In this document: one piece after another, positions 10,263 to 19,916 of the stretch
How positions within the stretch are numbered: the stretch's first letter is position 1
Layout of the letters: every line of letters begins with the position of its first letter
NCBI GenBank assembly: GCA_903840015.1
Contig: CAIMEL010000022.1
Coordinates: forward strand, 1 to 56,613
Length of the DNA: 56,613 nucleotides
Source: an uncultured bacterium
Lineage (GTDB): Bacteria > Patescibacteriota > Dojkabacteria > SC72
Direction of reading: 5' to 3'
The notes under the pieces: model-generated
What the model saw: the letters and a program-made list of their open reading frames with translations, nothing else
The model's database searches: none
What the model was told of the DNA's origin: nothing
Program-made: the position numbers and the translations under genes

Positions 10263-10301
10263 AGATTATTAGGATATTGTATCCCAATGGTATAATCTTG
10301 T

Positions 10302-11018
10302 CTACTTTTTACCTAACTCCCAAATAAGGATTCTGGAGATCTCCAAAGGCTCTCCCATTTTCTGGATTGCTTCATCTAAGAGATCTTTGATTGCTTTAGA
10401 TTCATCTTTAAACCATTTCTGCTCTAGAAGGCACTTCTCTGCATAATATTTATTTATCTTACCCTGAAGAATCTTCTCTATCATCTCCTTCGGCTTATTC
10501 TCTGACTCCAATTCCTTTGCGAATAGTGCCATAAGTTTTTCGACTTCCTCAGAAGGGACTGAATCTCTCGACACAAATTCCGGCTTCATTGCCGCAACTT
10601 GCAAAGATAACTCATGAACAAAACTTCTAAAATCCTCATTTCTTGCTACAAAGTCAGTCTTAGTCTTAACCTCAACAAGTGCTACTAACTTCTGCTCCTT
10701 ACCATGAACATAGACATCTATAACACCCTCCTGTTTCTGTTCACAATCAGGTTCTATTGGCTCATCCCAACCCCTTTCTTTTATAATTTCTACCGCCTTT
10801 TCAAAATCCTTTTCTGCCTCCTCTAATGCTAGCTTACAAAGACCTATCTTTGCACCGGTAAGATTTCGCAACCTACCGATGACATCACTTCTTTCATTTA
10901 TATACTCGATTGCCTTTGCCATATCACCATCACTCTTCACCAAAGCTTCCTTACACAACCCCATACCAGCAGAAGTTTTTGCTCGAAGCACTTTTATATC
11001 ATCTATTGTTACTCCCAT
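10302..11018 (-). CDS. tsf: Elongation factor Ts, short type, with duplicated N-terminal UBA-like domain
   Basis: LRAKTSAGMGLCKEAL, EG..YVH, TDFVARN, QVAAMKP; follows rpsB. Confidence 0.93.
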   Translation of the reverse strand: MGVTIDDIKVLRAKTSAGMGLCKEALVKSDGDMAKAIEYINERSDVIGRLRNLTGAKIGLCKLALEEAEKDFEKAVEIIKERGWDEPIEPDCEQKQEGVIDVYVHGKEQKLVALVEVKTKTDFVARNEDFRSFVHELSLQVAAMKPEFVSRDSVPSEEVEKLMALFAKELESENKPKEMIEKILQGKINKYYAEKCLLEQKWFKDESKAIKDLLDEAIQKMGEPLEISRILIWELGKK

Positions 11019-11036
11019 TAGATTGAAAACTAGAAA

Positions 11037-12173
11037 TTATTTAATTGCTTTCAAAATCTCATCAACCGCCTTCGCACCAATTCCTTTCACAGAGAGAAGC
11101 TCTTCCTTTGGAGTTGATTTCACCTTTGCCACTGTTGTAATTCCAGCATCCAGAAGAGCCTTAACTATTCGAGATGAAAGACCTAAGTCCTCCAACCCCT
11201 TGTTATCTTCCTCCTCTTTTACCTTCTCAGCTGCTTCTATCTCCGCAGAGATATCTTTCTCCTTTTTTACAACTCTAACTACAGAGCCTGTATTCTCAGC
11301 CTTAATCTTTCCTTCCCTCAAAGCTTTCATTCTCTCTCTCTCCTCTTCTTCCATCTTTGCCATTCGCATCTTCTCTTCTTCAAAATCCTTTGTCCATTTG
11401 CTCAAAAGTGCCTCCTGATCTCTCCTCAAAGACACAACAGAAAGAGATTTCTTAGATTTACCAACTACATCTCCTAGAAGATTTACCAAAAGTGATACAC
11501 TCTTCAAAGAATCATCATTCGCAGGTATTGGGTAATCTACTAAATCTGGATTACAATTAGTATCAAGGATTGCAATGATTGGTATATTCATACTCCTAGC
11601 CTCTTTGATTGCATTCTTCTCAACTTTCGTATCAATTACAACAACAGCCTCTGGTAATTTGTCCATAAATTTAATACCTTGATAGATCCTATTCAACCTC
11701 TCTACATCTCGTTACATCAACAAAACTTCCTTCTTGACCAATCCTCTAGCTCCTTTCGCAAGAAGTTCTTCCATCTTCACCAAACCTTGAACACTCTTTT
11801 TCATACCTTCGAAATTTGTAAAGAGACCACCAGGCCATCTTCTATTTACATAGAACATACCATTTTTCTCCGCAACAGCCTGAACAATGGATGCTGCTTG
11901 TCCCTTTGTCCCAACTATCAAAATATTACCAGTTTCAGAATATTTAGAAAGAACAGCAAGAGTCTCCTCAAGAAGCTCCTTCGTTTTAACCAAATCTATA
12001 ATGTGAATTCCATTTCTCTCTTCGTAGATATACTTCTTCATTCTCGGATTCCAAGCACTTTTCTTGTGACCAAAATGGGCTCCGGCTTTAAGTAAATCTA
12101 TGAGTTCTGGTGTTTGAAAACTTTTATTTTTAGTCTCTGTTTTCTCTGAGACCTTTTCTTTTAACTCGGTCAT
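11037..12173 (-). CDS. rpsB: 30S ribosomal protein uS2, interrupted by an in-frame TAA at 11712-11714, with C-terminal extension
   Basis: LLKAGAHFGH, WNPRM, VGTK and RWPGG before the stop; LP..VVVID, AIKEA, DTNCNP and PANDD after it in the same frame. ATG 12173 has an AAGGAAGG SD. Confidence 0.92.
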
Positions 12174-12196
12174 TATATTTTTCCTTCCTTTTATTA

Positions 12197-12238
12197 ATAT
12201 CTTTGTAGGACTTATGTCCAGGAATGACACAAAGATAT
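12197..12238 (-). promoter_or_regulatory. Structured rpsB 5' leader hairpin (candidate S2 autoregulatory element)
   Basis: ATATCTTTGT...ACAAAGATAT 10-bp stem enclosing GGAC-ATAA-GTCC, lying between the promoter and the rpsB SD. Confidence 0.45.
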
Positions 12239-12259
12239 ATGAGATTAATTAACTGTAGG

Positions 12260-12288
12260 ATTATACTAATTAAAGATATCTTTGACAA
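12260..12288 (-). promoter_or_regulatory. Sigma70-type promoter of rpsB-tsf
   Basis: TTGTCA-17 nt-TATAAT on the minus strand. Confidence 0.7.
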
Positions 12289-12360
12289 CCCTGTTCTACC
12301 TAGTCTTTGATTTAGGAATATGGTAGCATACGATTTGAGTAATTCCAGATAGAAATCATC

Positions 12361-12954
12361 ATGAAGATACATATTCCAAAGAAAATTAACAGAATTATCT
12401 TAATCCTAATCGTTTCGGATGTCTTGATTATCTCTGCATGGGGACTGATTTCTCCATTTCTAACAATCTTCATGACAGAACAGATCTCAGATGGGACTAT
12501 TCAAGCTGCAGGATTTGCCACTACTATCTTTCTGATTGTAAGTGGAATTTTACAAATACCCATATCTATTCACCTAGACAAGAAGGAAGGATATATGGAT
12601 GAATATTTCTTCATTGTAGCAGGCTCTTTGCTTTCCGCTATTTCATGCCTACTTTTCATACTTTCGACACAAATGATCCATATATATCTAATTCAGATAA
12701 TATATGCTCTTGGTTGTTCATTTGCATATCCAGCTTGGTATAGTCTATTTTCCCGAAATGTAGATGAAGAAAATACTGCTTTTGAGTGGACTATATACAA
12801 TACAGCTATTGCTCTAGGAACTGCAGTATCAGCCTCTATCGGAGGCTTGATGATATCAGGATTAGGATATCAAACAACATTTATATGCGTAGCAGCAGTC
12901 TCTGTCATTGGTTCTATTCTTTTGATGTCTCTCAAGAAATATCTTAAGGATTAA
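12361..12954 (+). CDS. Half-size (about 6 TM) MFS-type membrane protein
   Basis: About six hydrophobic helices, MFS-like LDKKEG loop and PAWYSLFSR segment; 197 aa. Confidence 0.65.
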   Translation: MKIHIPKKINRIILILIVSDVLIISAWGLISPFLTIFMTEQISDGTIQAAGFATTIFLIVSGILQIPISIHLDKKEGYMDEYFFIVAGSLLSAISCLLFILSTQMIHIYLIQIIYALGCSFAYPAWYSLFSRNVDEENTAFEWTIYNTAIALGTAVSASIGGLMISGLGYQTTFICVAAVSVIGSILLMSLKKYLKD

Positions 12955-13613
12955 CTCAAGTCGACCCTTTCCCACCCTTTCTCCCCTATTACAATATGGT
13001 CAAGTAAATTCAATCCGACAAGACCCAATCCTTCCGAAATACGCTTAGTAATAACGATATCATCACTACTTGGGGTATGATCTCCTGAAGGGTGATTATG
13101 CGCAAGAACAACACTGCTTGCATTTACCTCGAGTGCTGGAATTATTATATCCCGAGGCAAAACAGAAACCCCATCTAAGCTCCCAATACATATCGTTCTA
13201 CGTGCTAGCAATTCGAATCTTGAGTTTAGGAACAACGCTACAACATGCTCCTGTTTCCTTCTGGAAATATCCCGAAGCAGTGTATATGCATCATTCGATG
13301 TTTTCAAAAAAATCTTCTCACCCGAATCAACCTCATACAATCTTCTCCCCAACTCTATCCCACTTAAAATTCTCATTGCGGTAACCAACCCAATCCCTTC
13401 TACACCAACAATGTCCTTTATATCTATCTCCGTTTTCTTCTGAACAACTCTTTTCATCTGTAAAAGTACACTTTTAGAAACGTCTAAAAAATTTCTACCT
13501 TTTACACCTTTCCCTACTAGAATAGCTATCAATTCCATATCTGACAGATTCGTCAGACCTTTTTGTAGGTATTTCTCCCTTGGAAGCATGGAGAATATTT
13601 TAGAGGAGGGCAA
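12951..13613 (-). CDS. radC: RadC/JAB-domain protein
   Basis: LPREK..LSDMELIAIL, HhH GIG, HNHPSGD..PS..D, LLDHIVIG. Confidence 0.93.
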   Translation of the reverse strand: MPSSKIFSMLPREKYLQKGLTNLSDMELIAILVGKGVKGRNFLDVSKSVLLQMKRVVQKKTEIDIKDIVGVEGIGLVTAMRILSGIELGRRLYEVDSGEKIFLKTSNDAYTLLRDISRRKQEHVVALFLNSRFELLARRTICIGSLDGVSVLPRDIIIPALEVNASSVVLAHNHPSGDHTPSSDDIVITKRISEGLGLVGLNLLDHIVIGEKGWERVDLS

Positions 13614-13624
13614 TTAAGAAATTA

Positions 13625-15784
13625 TTAACTCTCGGAATCTTTCTTGGCTTTTGACTTTTTTACTTTCTTAATATACTTACAGTTTGGATAATTGCTACAC
13701 CCAGTAAAGCTTCTACCCCATTTCCCTTTTCTTTCTACTAAGTGATACCCACACTCAGGACATTTCTCGTTTAGCAGCAATGGAACCAATCCCTTACAAG
13801 TTGGATATTTCTCACAGGCCCAGAATTTACCATACTTACCATTTTTAAGTACAAGTTTTGATTTACACAAAGGGCATTCTTCAGGCTTAAAGTACTTGTT
13901 ATAGTCTAAAGTATCCTCTTTACCTTCTAAATCCTTCATACCTTTACATTCTGGAAACCTATTACAGCTTAAGAACTTACCATATCTCCCAACCCTAATA
14001 ACAGTACCACTCCCACACTCAGGGCACTTCTCCTCTGACTCGCCTAAAATCACCACATCCTCCTTCTTAACACTCTCCTGAGCTATATTAATTCCCTCTT
14101 GCAACATTTTGTACTCTCTGTCTATCACAGGGACATATTTCTTCTTCCCAAGCGCTATCCCATCTAACTCATCCTCTACCTTTGCTGTATATGCGTAGTC
14201 CATAAGCCTATCAAAGCTATTACGCAGGAAGTTGGTTACAATCCTACCAACATCTGTTGGGAACAAGGATCTTGCCTCTCTCTCAACATATCCCCTACCT
14301 TGAATAGTAGAGATAATTGTAGAGTATGTAGAAGGTCTACCAATACCAAGCTCTTCAAGCTTCTTTATCAAGGAGGCCTCTGTATACCTGGCAGGAGGCA
14401 GAGTAAACTTCTGCTCATTGACGAACTCAACCTTTTCAAGCTCATCCCCTTTGGTAATCTGACAAATTTCCTGTAAATCATCTTCCAACTCCTTGGTTCC
14501 TAAAACTTTTCTAAAGCCATCAAACATCGTTATCTCTCCACCCATTGTAAAGATATACTCTGGAGAACTAGGTTCTCTTGGTACTAAGGAAACAGTTAAA
14601 ACTTGAACTCTCTTCTCAGCCATCTGACTAGAAACTGTTCTCTTCCAAATCATTTCATACAACTTAGCTGCAGCAACTCCCAAATCTTTCTGTACAAGCT
14701 TAATATCAAGATTAAAATCTGTAGGACGAATTGCCTCATGTGCTTCCTGTGCATTCTTAGACTTGTTCTTGTAATAGTTTGGCTTCTCTGGAACATATTC
14801 CTTTCCAAAGCGAGAAGAAACCAAGGAACGAATCTCTTCAACAGCTTTACTGCTAAGAAAAACAGAATCCGTTCTCATATATGTAATATATCCTGCTTGG
14901 TACAAGATCTGCGCCAAACCCATTGTCTTTTTTGATGTATATCCAAGAGCATTATATGCTGATTGCTGCATTGTAGAGGTTGTAAAAGGAGGATATGCAT
15001 GCTTCTTCACATCTCTCTTTACAACATCTTTTACACGGAATTTTGAATCTCCCATTTTAGCTTCAAAGTCCTCCACCTCACCTTTTGATTTGGGCACATA
15101 TTTCTTTCCATCTTTCTTAGATAATTTCGCCGTCAATATCTTCCCGTTATCTTCCTTCAGTTTTACCGAAACATCCCAATACTCCTCAGAAAGAAATGCC
15201 TCCCTTTCCTCCTCTTTTTCAACAATCAACCTCAAAGCAACAGATTGCACCCTTCCAGCAGACAATCCATACCAAATCTTTTTCCAAATCAATTCAGAAA
15301 GTTTGTAACCAACTAATCGATCTAATACTCTCCTTGCCTTTTGAGCATCAACCAGGTTGACATTGACAACTGTGGGATTTGCTATCGCTTCCTCTATGGC
15401 AGTTTTAGTAATTTCATGGAAAGATACTCTTTTAGCATTTTCCAATTTCAATTCATTTGCAACATGCCAAGCAATAGCTTCTCCCTCTCTATCAGGGTCC
15501 ATTGCAAGAAAGACTGAGCCCTCTTTTGGAATTGATTTCTTCAAATCTTTCAGAATCTTACCCTTACCATATATTGTTTCAAACAGTGGTTCATATTCAT
15601 TCTCCAAATCAACCCCCAGCTTATTCTTCGGAAGATCAATAACATGGCCAACTGTTGCCATAACTTTGTAATCAGTTCCCAGATACTTATTTATAGTTTT
15701 AGCTTTGGAAGGAGACTCTACTATGAGTAGATTTCTGTATGATTTTTTCTCACTCTTTGTGGTTTTCTTTTTACTACTCATCAA
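13625..15784 (-). CDS. topA: DNA topoisomerase I
   Basis: IVESPSKAK, DPDREGE, SAGRVQS, ITYMRTDS (catalytic Tyr), AHEAIRPT, three C4 zinc ribbons. Confidence 0.97.
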   Translation of the reverse strand: MMSSKKKTTKSEKKSYRNLLIVESPSKAKTINKYLGTDYKVMATVGHVIDLPKNKLGVDLENEYEPLFETIYGKGKILKDLKKSIPKEGSVFLAMDPDREGEAIAWHVANELKLENAKRVSFHEITKTAIEEAIANPTVVNVNLVDAQKARRVLDRLVGYKLSELIWKKIWYGLSAGRVQSVALRLIVEKEEEREAFLSEEYWDVSVKLKEDNGKILTAKLSKKDGKKYVPKSKGEVEDFEAKMGDSKFRVKDVVKRDVKKHAYPPFTTSTMQQSAYNALGYTSKKTMGLAQILYQAGYITYMRTDSVFLSSKAVEEIRSLVSSRFGKEYVPEKPNYYKNKSKNAQEAHEAIRPTDFNLDIKLVQKDLGVAAAKLYEMIWKRTVSSQMAEKRVQVLTVSLVPREPSSPEYIFTMGGEITMFDGFRKVLGTKELEDDLQEICQITKGDELEKVEFVNEQKFTLPPARYTEASLIKKLEELGIGRPSTYSTIISTIQGRGYVEREARSLFPTDVGRIVTNFLRNSFDRLMDYAYTAKVEDELDGIALGKKKYVPVIDREYKMLQEGINIAQESVKKEDVVILGESEEKCPECGSGTVIRVGRYGKFLSCNRFPECKGMKDLEGKEDTLDYNKYFKPEECPLCKSKLVLKNGKYGKFWACEKYPTCKGLVPLLLNEKCPECGYHLVERKGKWGRSFTGCSNYPNCKYIKKVKKSKAKKDSES

Positions 15785-15849
15785 ATTTAAAATACCTTAA
15801 TTAGTTAATTGATGTCAAATCAAATGTCGCCAGTTATATATTATTGAAG

Positions 15850-16518
15850 CTATTTAAGCAATAGCTGCTCCTCTCGAATTGACAATATCTCCTTCATCGT
15901 ATTTACCCCTCTTACTACTTCTGCACCCTCAGCCAAGAGCATATTACATCCTTGAGAACCTACACTGTCTATCCTTCCTGGTACCACATAGATATCACGG
16001 CCATATTCTAAAGCATACCTTGCAGTATGGAGTGAACCACTATTTAACCCAGCCTCTATGAGTATTGTCGTATCAGAGATTCCTGCCAGTAACCGATTAC
16101 GCATAGAATACATACCTTTATGGAGTTTTACCCTCTCCGGGAATTCCGCCAGGATCAAGCCTTTTTTACGTAACAAATTGTATATCCCCATATTTGCTTT
16201 GGGTATCGCTGTACAGATTCCACCTGGAACTATTGCCAGGGTCTTTATACCTCTTCGTAAACAAACTCTATGAACCTCAGCGTCTACTCCCAATGCCAAA
16301 CCACTAACTATAGCAACATCTAATTTGCTCAAGAAGGAAGGCAGTAGTGAGTTAATAACTTTAATTCCATAACCTGTGATTTTTCTTGTACCTACGATAG
16401 TAATCGATCTTGCCGAGAGAAAAGAGATATCACCATAGCAGTACAATTTGGTTGGAGCTCTCTCTATCTCCCTGAAAAGAACAGGATACCTGGAATCACT
16501 TCTCATTATCTCCACCAT
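15850..16518 (-). CDS. dprA: DNA-protecting protein DprA (Rossmann domain only)
   Basis: IVGTR, IVSGLALGVD, RNRLLAG, EAGLNSGS, G.N.L; dprA-topA synteny. Confidence 0.92.
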   Translation of the reverse strand: MVEIMRSDSRYPVLFREIERAPTKLYCYGDISFLSARSITIVGTRKITGYGIKVINSLLPSFLSKLDVAIVSGLALGVDAEVHRVCLRRGIKTLAIVPGGICTAIPKANMGIYNLLRKKGLILAEFPERVKLHKGMYSMRNRLLAGISDTTILIEAGLNSGSLHTARYALEYGRDIYVVPGRIDSVGSQGCNMLLAEGAEVVRGVNTMKEILSIREEQLLLK

Positions 16519-16540
16519 ACCAAATGATATTGTGAAGATA

Positions 16541-18547
16541 TTAATTTTGGATTAACCCCTCCTTTATCATCCAAAGTATCATCTCACGAGCCATTCTCAC
16601 AGCATTTACACTTTCCCCACCATCCTCCAAGAATATTGTTAAGGCATACTTAGGATTTGCAAAAGGAAAAAACGATGTAACCCAAGCATGAGTATGTTCA
16701 TACTCTCCTTTGCTATTAAGCTTCCCAAACTCAGCTGTTCCTGTTTTAGCACCAACCTCAACCTTCATACCTGAAAGAGTACGTATTGTGGCCCTTGAGC
16801 CATTAACTGCATTCCACATTCCCTCTTTAGTAGTCCTGATAGCATCCCTGGAAGCTATCTTGGTATATATTGGCTTAAACAACAATTCATCTTTTTCGTT
16901 CTCTTCATTCTCAAAATACTTCGCAACATGAGGAGTATGTAAGGTTCCCTCATTTGCGATCGCAGATGTCCAATTAGCCATTTGTAAAGGAGTAACCAGA
17001 GTGATTCCCTGTCCAATGACAGAGTTACAGGAGTCTCCTTCAGGGTACCAGATTGGATCCAACCACGGACTCGTTGTATTAGCTAATGCTATCTTGTTTG
17101 CTGGGGAAGGTAAACGACCAGGAGCCTCTCCTGGCAGATCGATACCTGTATAACTACCAATACCAAATTTCTCTAAGTATGGAACCAATTTATTCATATC
17201 CCAATTCCTAATTACTTCACAGAAGTAGATATTTGAAGACACAGAAATAGCATCAATTAGATTAAGCGAGCCGTAAGCACTATTTCGATAGTCTTGGAAT
17301 GCAGCACCATTGGAAAAAGTATAGCCTCTACGACTAACATACCTAGTATCCCGAGTTATGGCGCCCGCATCTAGGGCCGCGACAGAGACAATTGTCTTAA
17401 ATGTAGATCCAGGAGGCATTTGTGCAGCTATGGCCCTATTCATCAATGGATTTCTCTTGTCTTTAATGATTCGTGCATACTCTTTGAAAGATATTCCACC
17501 AACAAAAAGATTGTTATCATAACCAGGGAAAGAAACCAGAGATATTAGCTCCCCCGAATTCACATCTTCCAGCACAGCAGCTCCTGCATTTGCGGAGTAT
17601 GTCTTAACACCCTCATTGACAATTGAATACAGCCTCTTTTGAACATCCGCATCAATCGTAAGATACAGATTATCCCCTGACACTGCCTCCTTGACGACAT
17701 AGCCTTCCTTGGAAAGAGTTCGACCAAGAGCGTCAACCTCCCAAGCTATCTCACCACTCTTTCCTGCCAATCTTTCATCATACTCTCTCTCCAAACCACT
17801 TCGCCCAATCTCATCCGTTGGCAAGACATAATTAACGGTATCAAGATCTTCGGCAGTTACTCTTCCAGTATATCCAAGAATATGGCCTAAAACTTCTTTC
17901 TGAGAATAGACTCGCTTACTACCATTCTCTATATATACACCAGGTAATTCTTCAGCCTTTGCTTTTATCTTGATGGCAATATCATCATTAATATCTGAAG
18001 AAATAAGGATTTCTTTAAAATACACATTATCAGCATAAACAGAATAGATCTTCTCTGAGATACTCTTAAACTGATAATTATCTTCCCCAGAGAAGCTATT
18101 CCACCTCGTACCAAGGATACCCCCAAGGGTATCAGATGTTTTCTCCAATAGCTCAGAGTCTATATCCCCCTTACTGTCCAAATAATGCTCCAAAGAGACA
18201 TAGACCTTCATAGAAGCCGAATTTTGTGCAAGCAATTTCCCATTCCTATCAAAGATGACACCCCTATATGGAGGAATCTTTCGAATTTTTACCTGATTAT
18301 TCACAGACTTAGACAACATCTCCTCCCCCTCAGTTATTTGCAATCTAGACAAATCAATTACCAAAGCACCAAAGAAAAGGAAAAACAGTAGAAAGACAAG
18401 AGAATACATCAACAAAGGGTTACCTTCTGAACTCTCGTTACCTTTCACAATCTTCTTTAAAACACCAATACCATCAATCCTTTTCGCTCCATTACGAGAC
18501 GACTTGACTCTCTTGGGAATAATGTTCTTCGAAAATTTTAAATCCAT
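16541..18547 (-). CDS. mrdA: Penicillin-binding protein 2 (class B)
   Basis: RGVIFDRNG, STFK (SxxK), SSN (SxN) and KTG motifs; downstream of mreBCD. Confidence 0.92.
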   Translation of the reverse strand: MDLKFSKNIIPKRVKSSRNGAKRIDGIGVLKKIVKGNESSEGNPLLMYSLVFLLFFLFFGALVIDLSRLQITEGEEMLSKSVNNQVKIRKIPPYRGVIFDRNGKLLAQNSASMKVYVSLEHYLDSKGDIDSELLEKTSDTLGGILGTRWNSFSGEDNYQFKSISEKIYSVYADNVYFKEILISSDINDDIAIKIKAKAEELPGVYIENGSKRVYSQKEVLGHILGYTGRVTAEDLDTVNYVLPTDEIGRSGLEREYDERLAGKSGEIAWEVDALGRTLSKEGYVVKEAVSGDNLYLTIDADVQKRLYSIVNEGVKTYSANAGAAVLEDVNSGELISLVSFPGYDNNLFVGGISFKEYARIIKDKRNPLMNRAIAAQMPPGSTFKTIVSVAALDAGAITRDTRYVSRRGYTFSNGAAFQDYRNSAYGSLNLIDAISVSSNIYFCEVIRNWDMNKLVPYLEKFGIGSYTGIDLPGEAPGRLPSPANKIALANTTSPWLDPIWYPEGDSCNSVIGQGITLVTPLQMANWTSAIANEGTLHTPHVAKYFENEENEKDELLFKPIYTKIASRDAIRTTKEGMWNAVNGSRATIRTLSGMKVEVGAKTGTAEFGKLNSKGEYEHTHAWVTSFFPFANPKYALTIFLEDGGESVNAVRMAREMILWMIKEGLIQN

Positions 18548-18549
18548 AC

Positions 18550-19050
18550 CTATTTAAATCTAAGATTACTTTTTGATTTCCCATCTCTAAACCTAACAAA
18601 TATCCTCTCTAGCAAGAAAGCCACCGAAACAGAAACTACTGCTCGCAAAATCCAACCCCATACCTGGCCCCAACCAACCAAACCACCATTACCAATGAGG
18701 AAGAAGTTCTGAGCATAGAAATATGCTATGTAGAAAAGCAGAAATCCAACAAATTTGAATATGTAAGAATAGAAACCAGTTTCAGTCGAAAGAGAGAATG
18801 AAAGCAGATTATAGATTAGAATAGAAAGAAGATATACCAACATTGTTACTCCCAGAGGGATATTAAGAACTACATCTATGAAGACAGAAAAAAGAGCAGT
18901 TCCTAAAAGTAAAAGTTTCCAATTAACCTTCTTAAACAGAAATAGACATAGAACAAAAACAATACTAATCCCAAACATTGAAAGTAGAAAACTCTCAAGG
19001 AAAAAGATTCCCAGAAAAAGCAAAATAATTAAAAGTATGTAAAGCAACAT
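18550..19050 (-). CDS. mreD: MreD-like membrane protein
   Basis: Five to six TM helices with a FIDVVLNIPLG motif, positioned between mreC and mrdA. Confidence 0.7.
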   Translation of the reverse strand: MLLYILLIILLFLGIFFLESFLLSMFGISIVFVLCLFLFKKVNWKLLLLGTALFSVFIDVVLNIPLGVTMLVYLLSILIYNLLSFSLSTETGFYSYIFKFVGFLLFYIAYFYAQNFFLIGNGGLVGWGQVWGWILRAVVSVSVAFLLERIFVRFRDGKSKSNLRFK

Positions 19051-19069
19051 TAATATATTCTAATACAAT

Positions 19070-19900
19070 TTAACGAACTCTGATAAAAACAGTTATCAGA
19101 TCATCATATTCAACAACAGGGACAACAACTCCACTACGAGAAGTCTCCGCAGGATTATTGGAAAGATTAACGATATAACCTAATACTAGAGATTCTCCAA
19201 CCTTAGAATCATTAACAACTACCAGATCACCATTTTTCACTTTCGAGTTCGCAGAGATATTCTCTATCCTTATCCCATCCGACGTACCACTAACAACAGC
19301 TTTACTTAAGATTGGAACCTTTCTATTATCCTTAACATCCATCCAGTCGCCATTAACAACAATAACCTCTAAATTATTATTCTTACTACGTGGCAACCTT
19401 ACAACAGAGCTCTTGTCATCTACCTGAACAACACTCCCTAGATACAAATTCCCAAGAACTGCAATATCCCCCATTTCGATCCCAGAAGCTTTACCCTCAT
19501 TCAAACGTAAGAATTCGACAGAATCTGTACTCAGTACCTTTACTAAAAGATACTCTTTTTCATCGTTTGCTAGGTTTACCTGTTTGCGCAGAGATTCGTT
19601 TTCCTCAACTAACATTGTAAAGTAAGAATTTTCGACATTCTTTGCGTTAAAATCCTCTTTCAAGGCATCACACTCTTTTCTAAACTCACCAAAATCCTTA
19701 AAGATTTCAAAAGAAGAAGCAACCTCTTTCCCTGCAGAGTTAGCACCAACAAATATTGGCTCAGCTATGTAAGAAATTCCACTTCGCACGAAGGAAACAC
19801 CTATCAAAGAATCTAAGAGAACAAGGGTAACAGCAAGGAATATCCCTATGGGAAAGAATAAAAGATCTTTCTCAAATATACTCAAGGCATTTCTCTTCAT
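19070..19900 (-). CDS. mreC: Rod shape-determining protein MreC
   Basis: N-terminal TM, coiled coil with ENESLRK, beta domains (G...GI..GD); follows mreB. Confidence 0.88.
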   Translation of the reverse strand: MKRNALSIFEKDLLFFPIGIFLAVTLVLLDSLIGVSFVRSGISYIAEPIFVGANSAGKEVASSFEIFKDFGEFRKECDALKEDFNAKNVENSYFTMLVEENESLRKQVNLANDEKEYLLVKVLSTDSVEFLRLNEGKASGIEMGDIAVLGNLYLGSVVQVDDKSSVVRLPRSKNNNLEVIVVNGDWMDVKDNRKVPILSKAVVSGTSDGIRIENISANSKVKNGDLVVVNDSKVGESLVLGYIVNLSNNPAETSRSGVVVPVVEYDDLITVFIRVR

Positions 19901-19916
19901 CAGATAGTAACAAAAG

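Noticed and set aside
11712-11714. Alternative genetic code (TAA recoding) or programmed frameshift in rpsB
   Set aside because: Both halves are in the same frame, so there is no frameshift, and TAA is a normal stop for many genes in the window.
12951-13613. radC as a marker of a mobile element
   Set aside because: It is the full-length chromosomal type with an HhH N-domain, in housekeeping context, with no integrase, att sites or other mobile genes.
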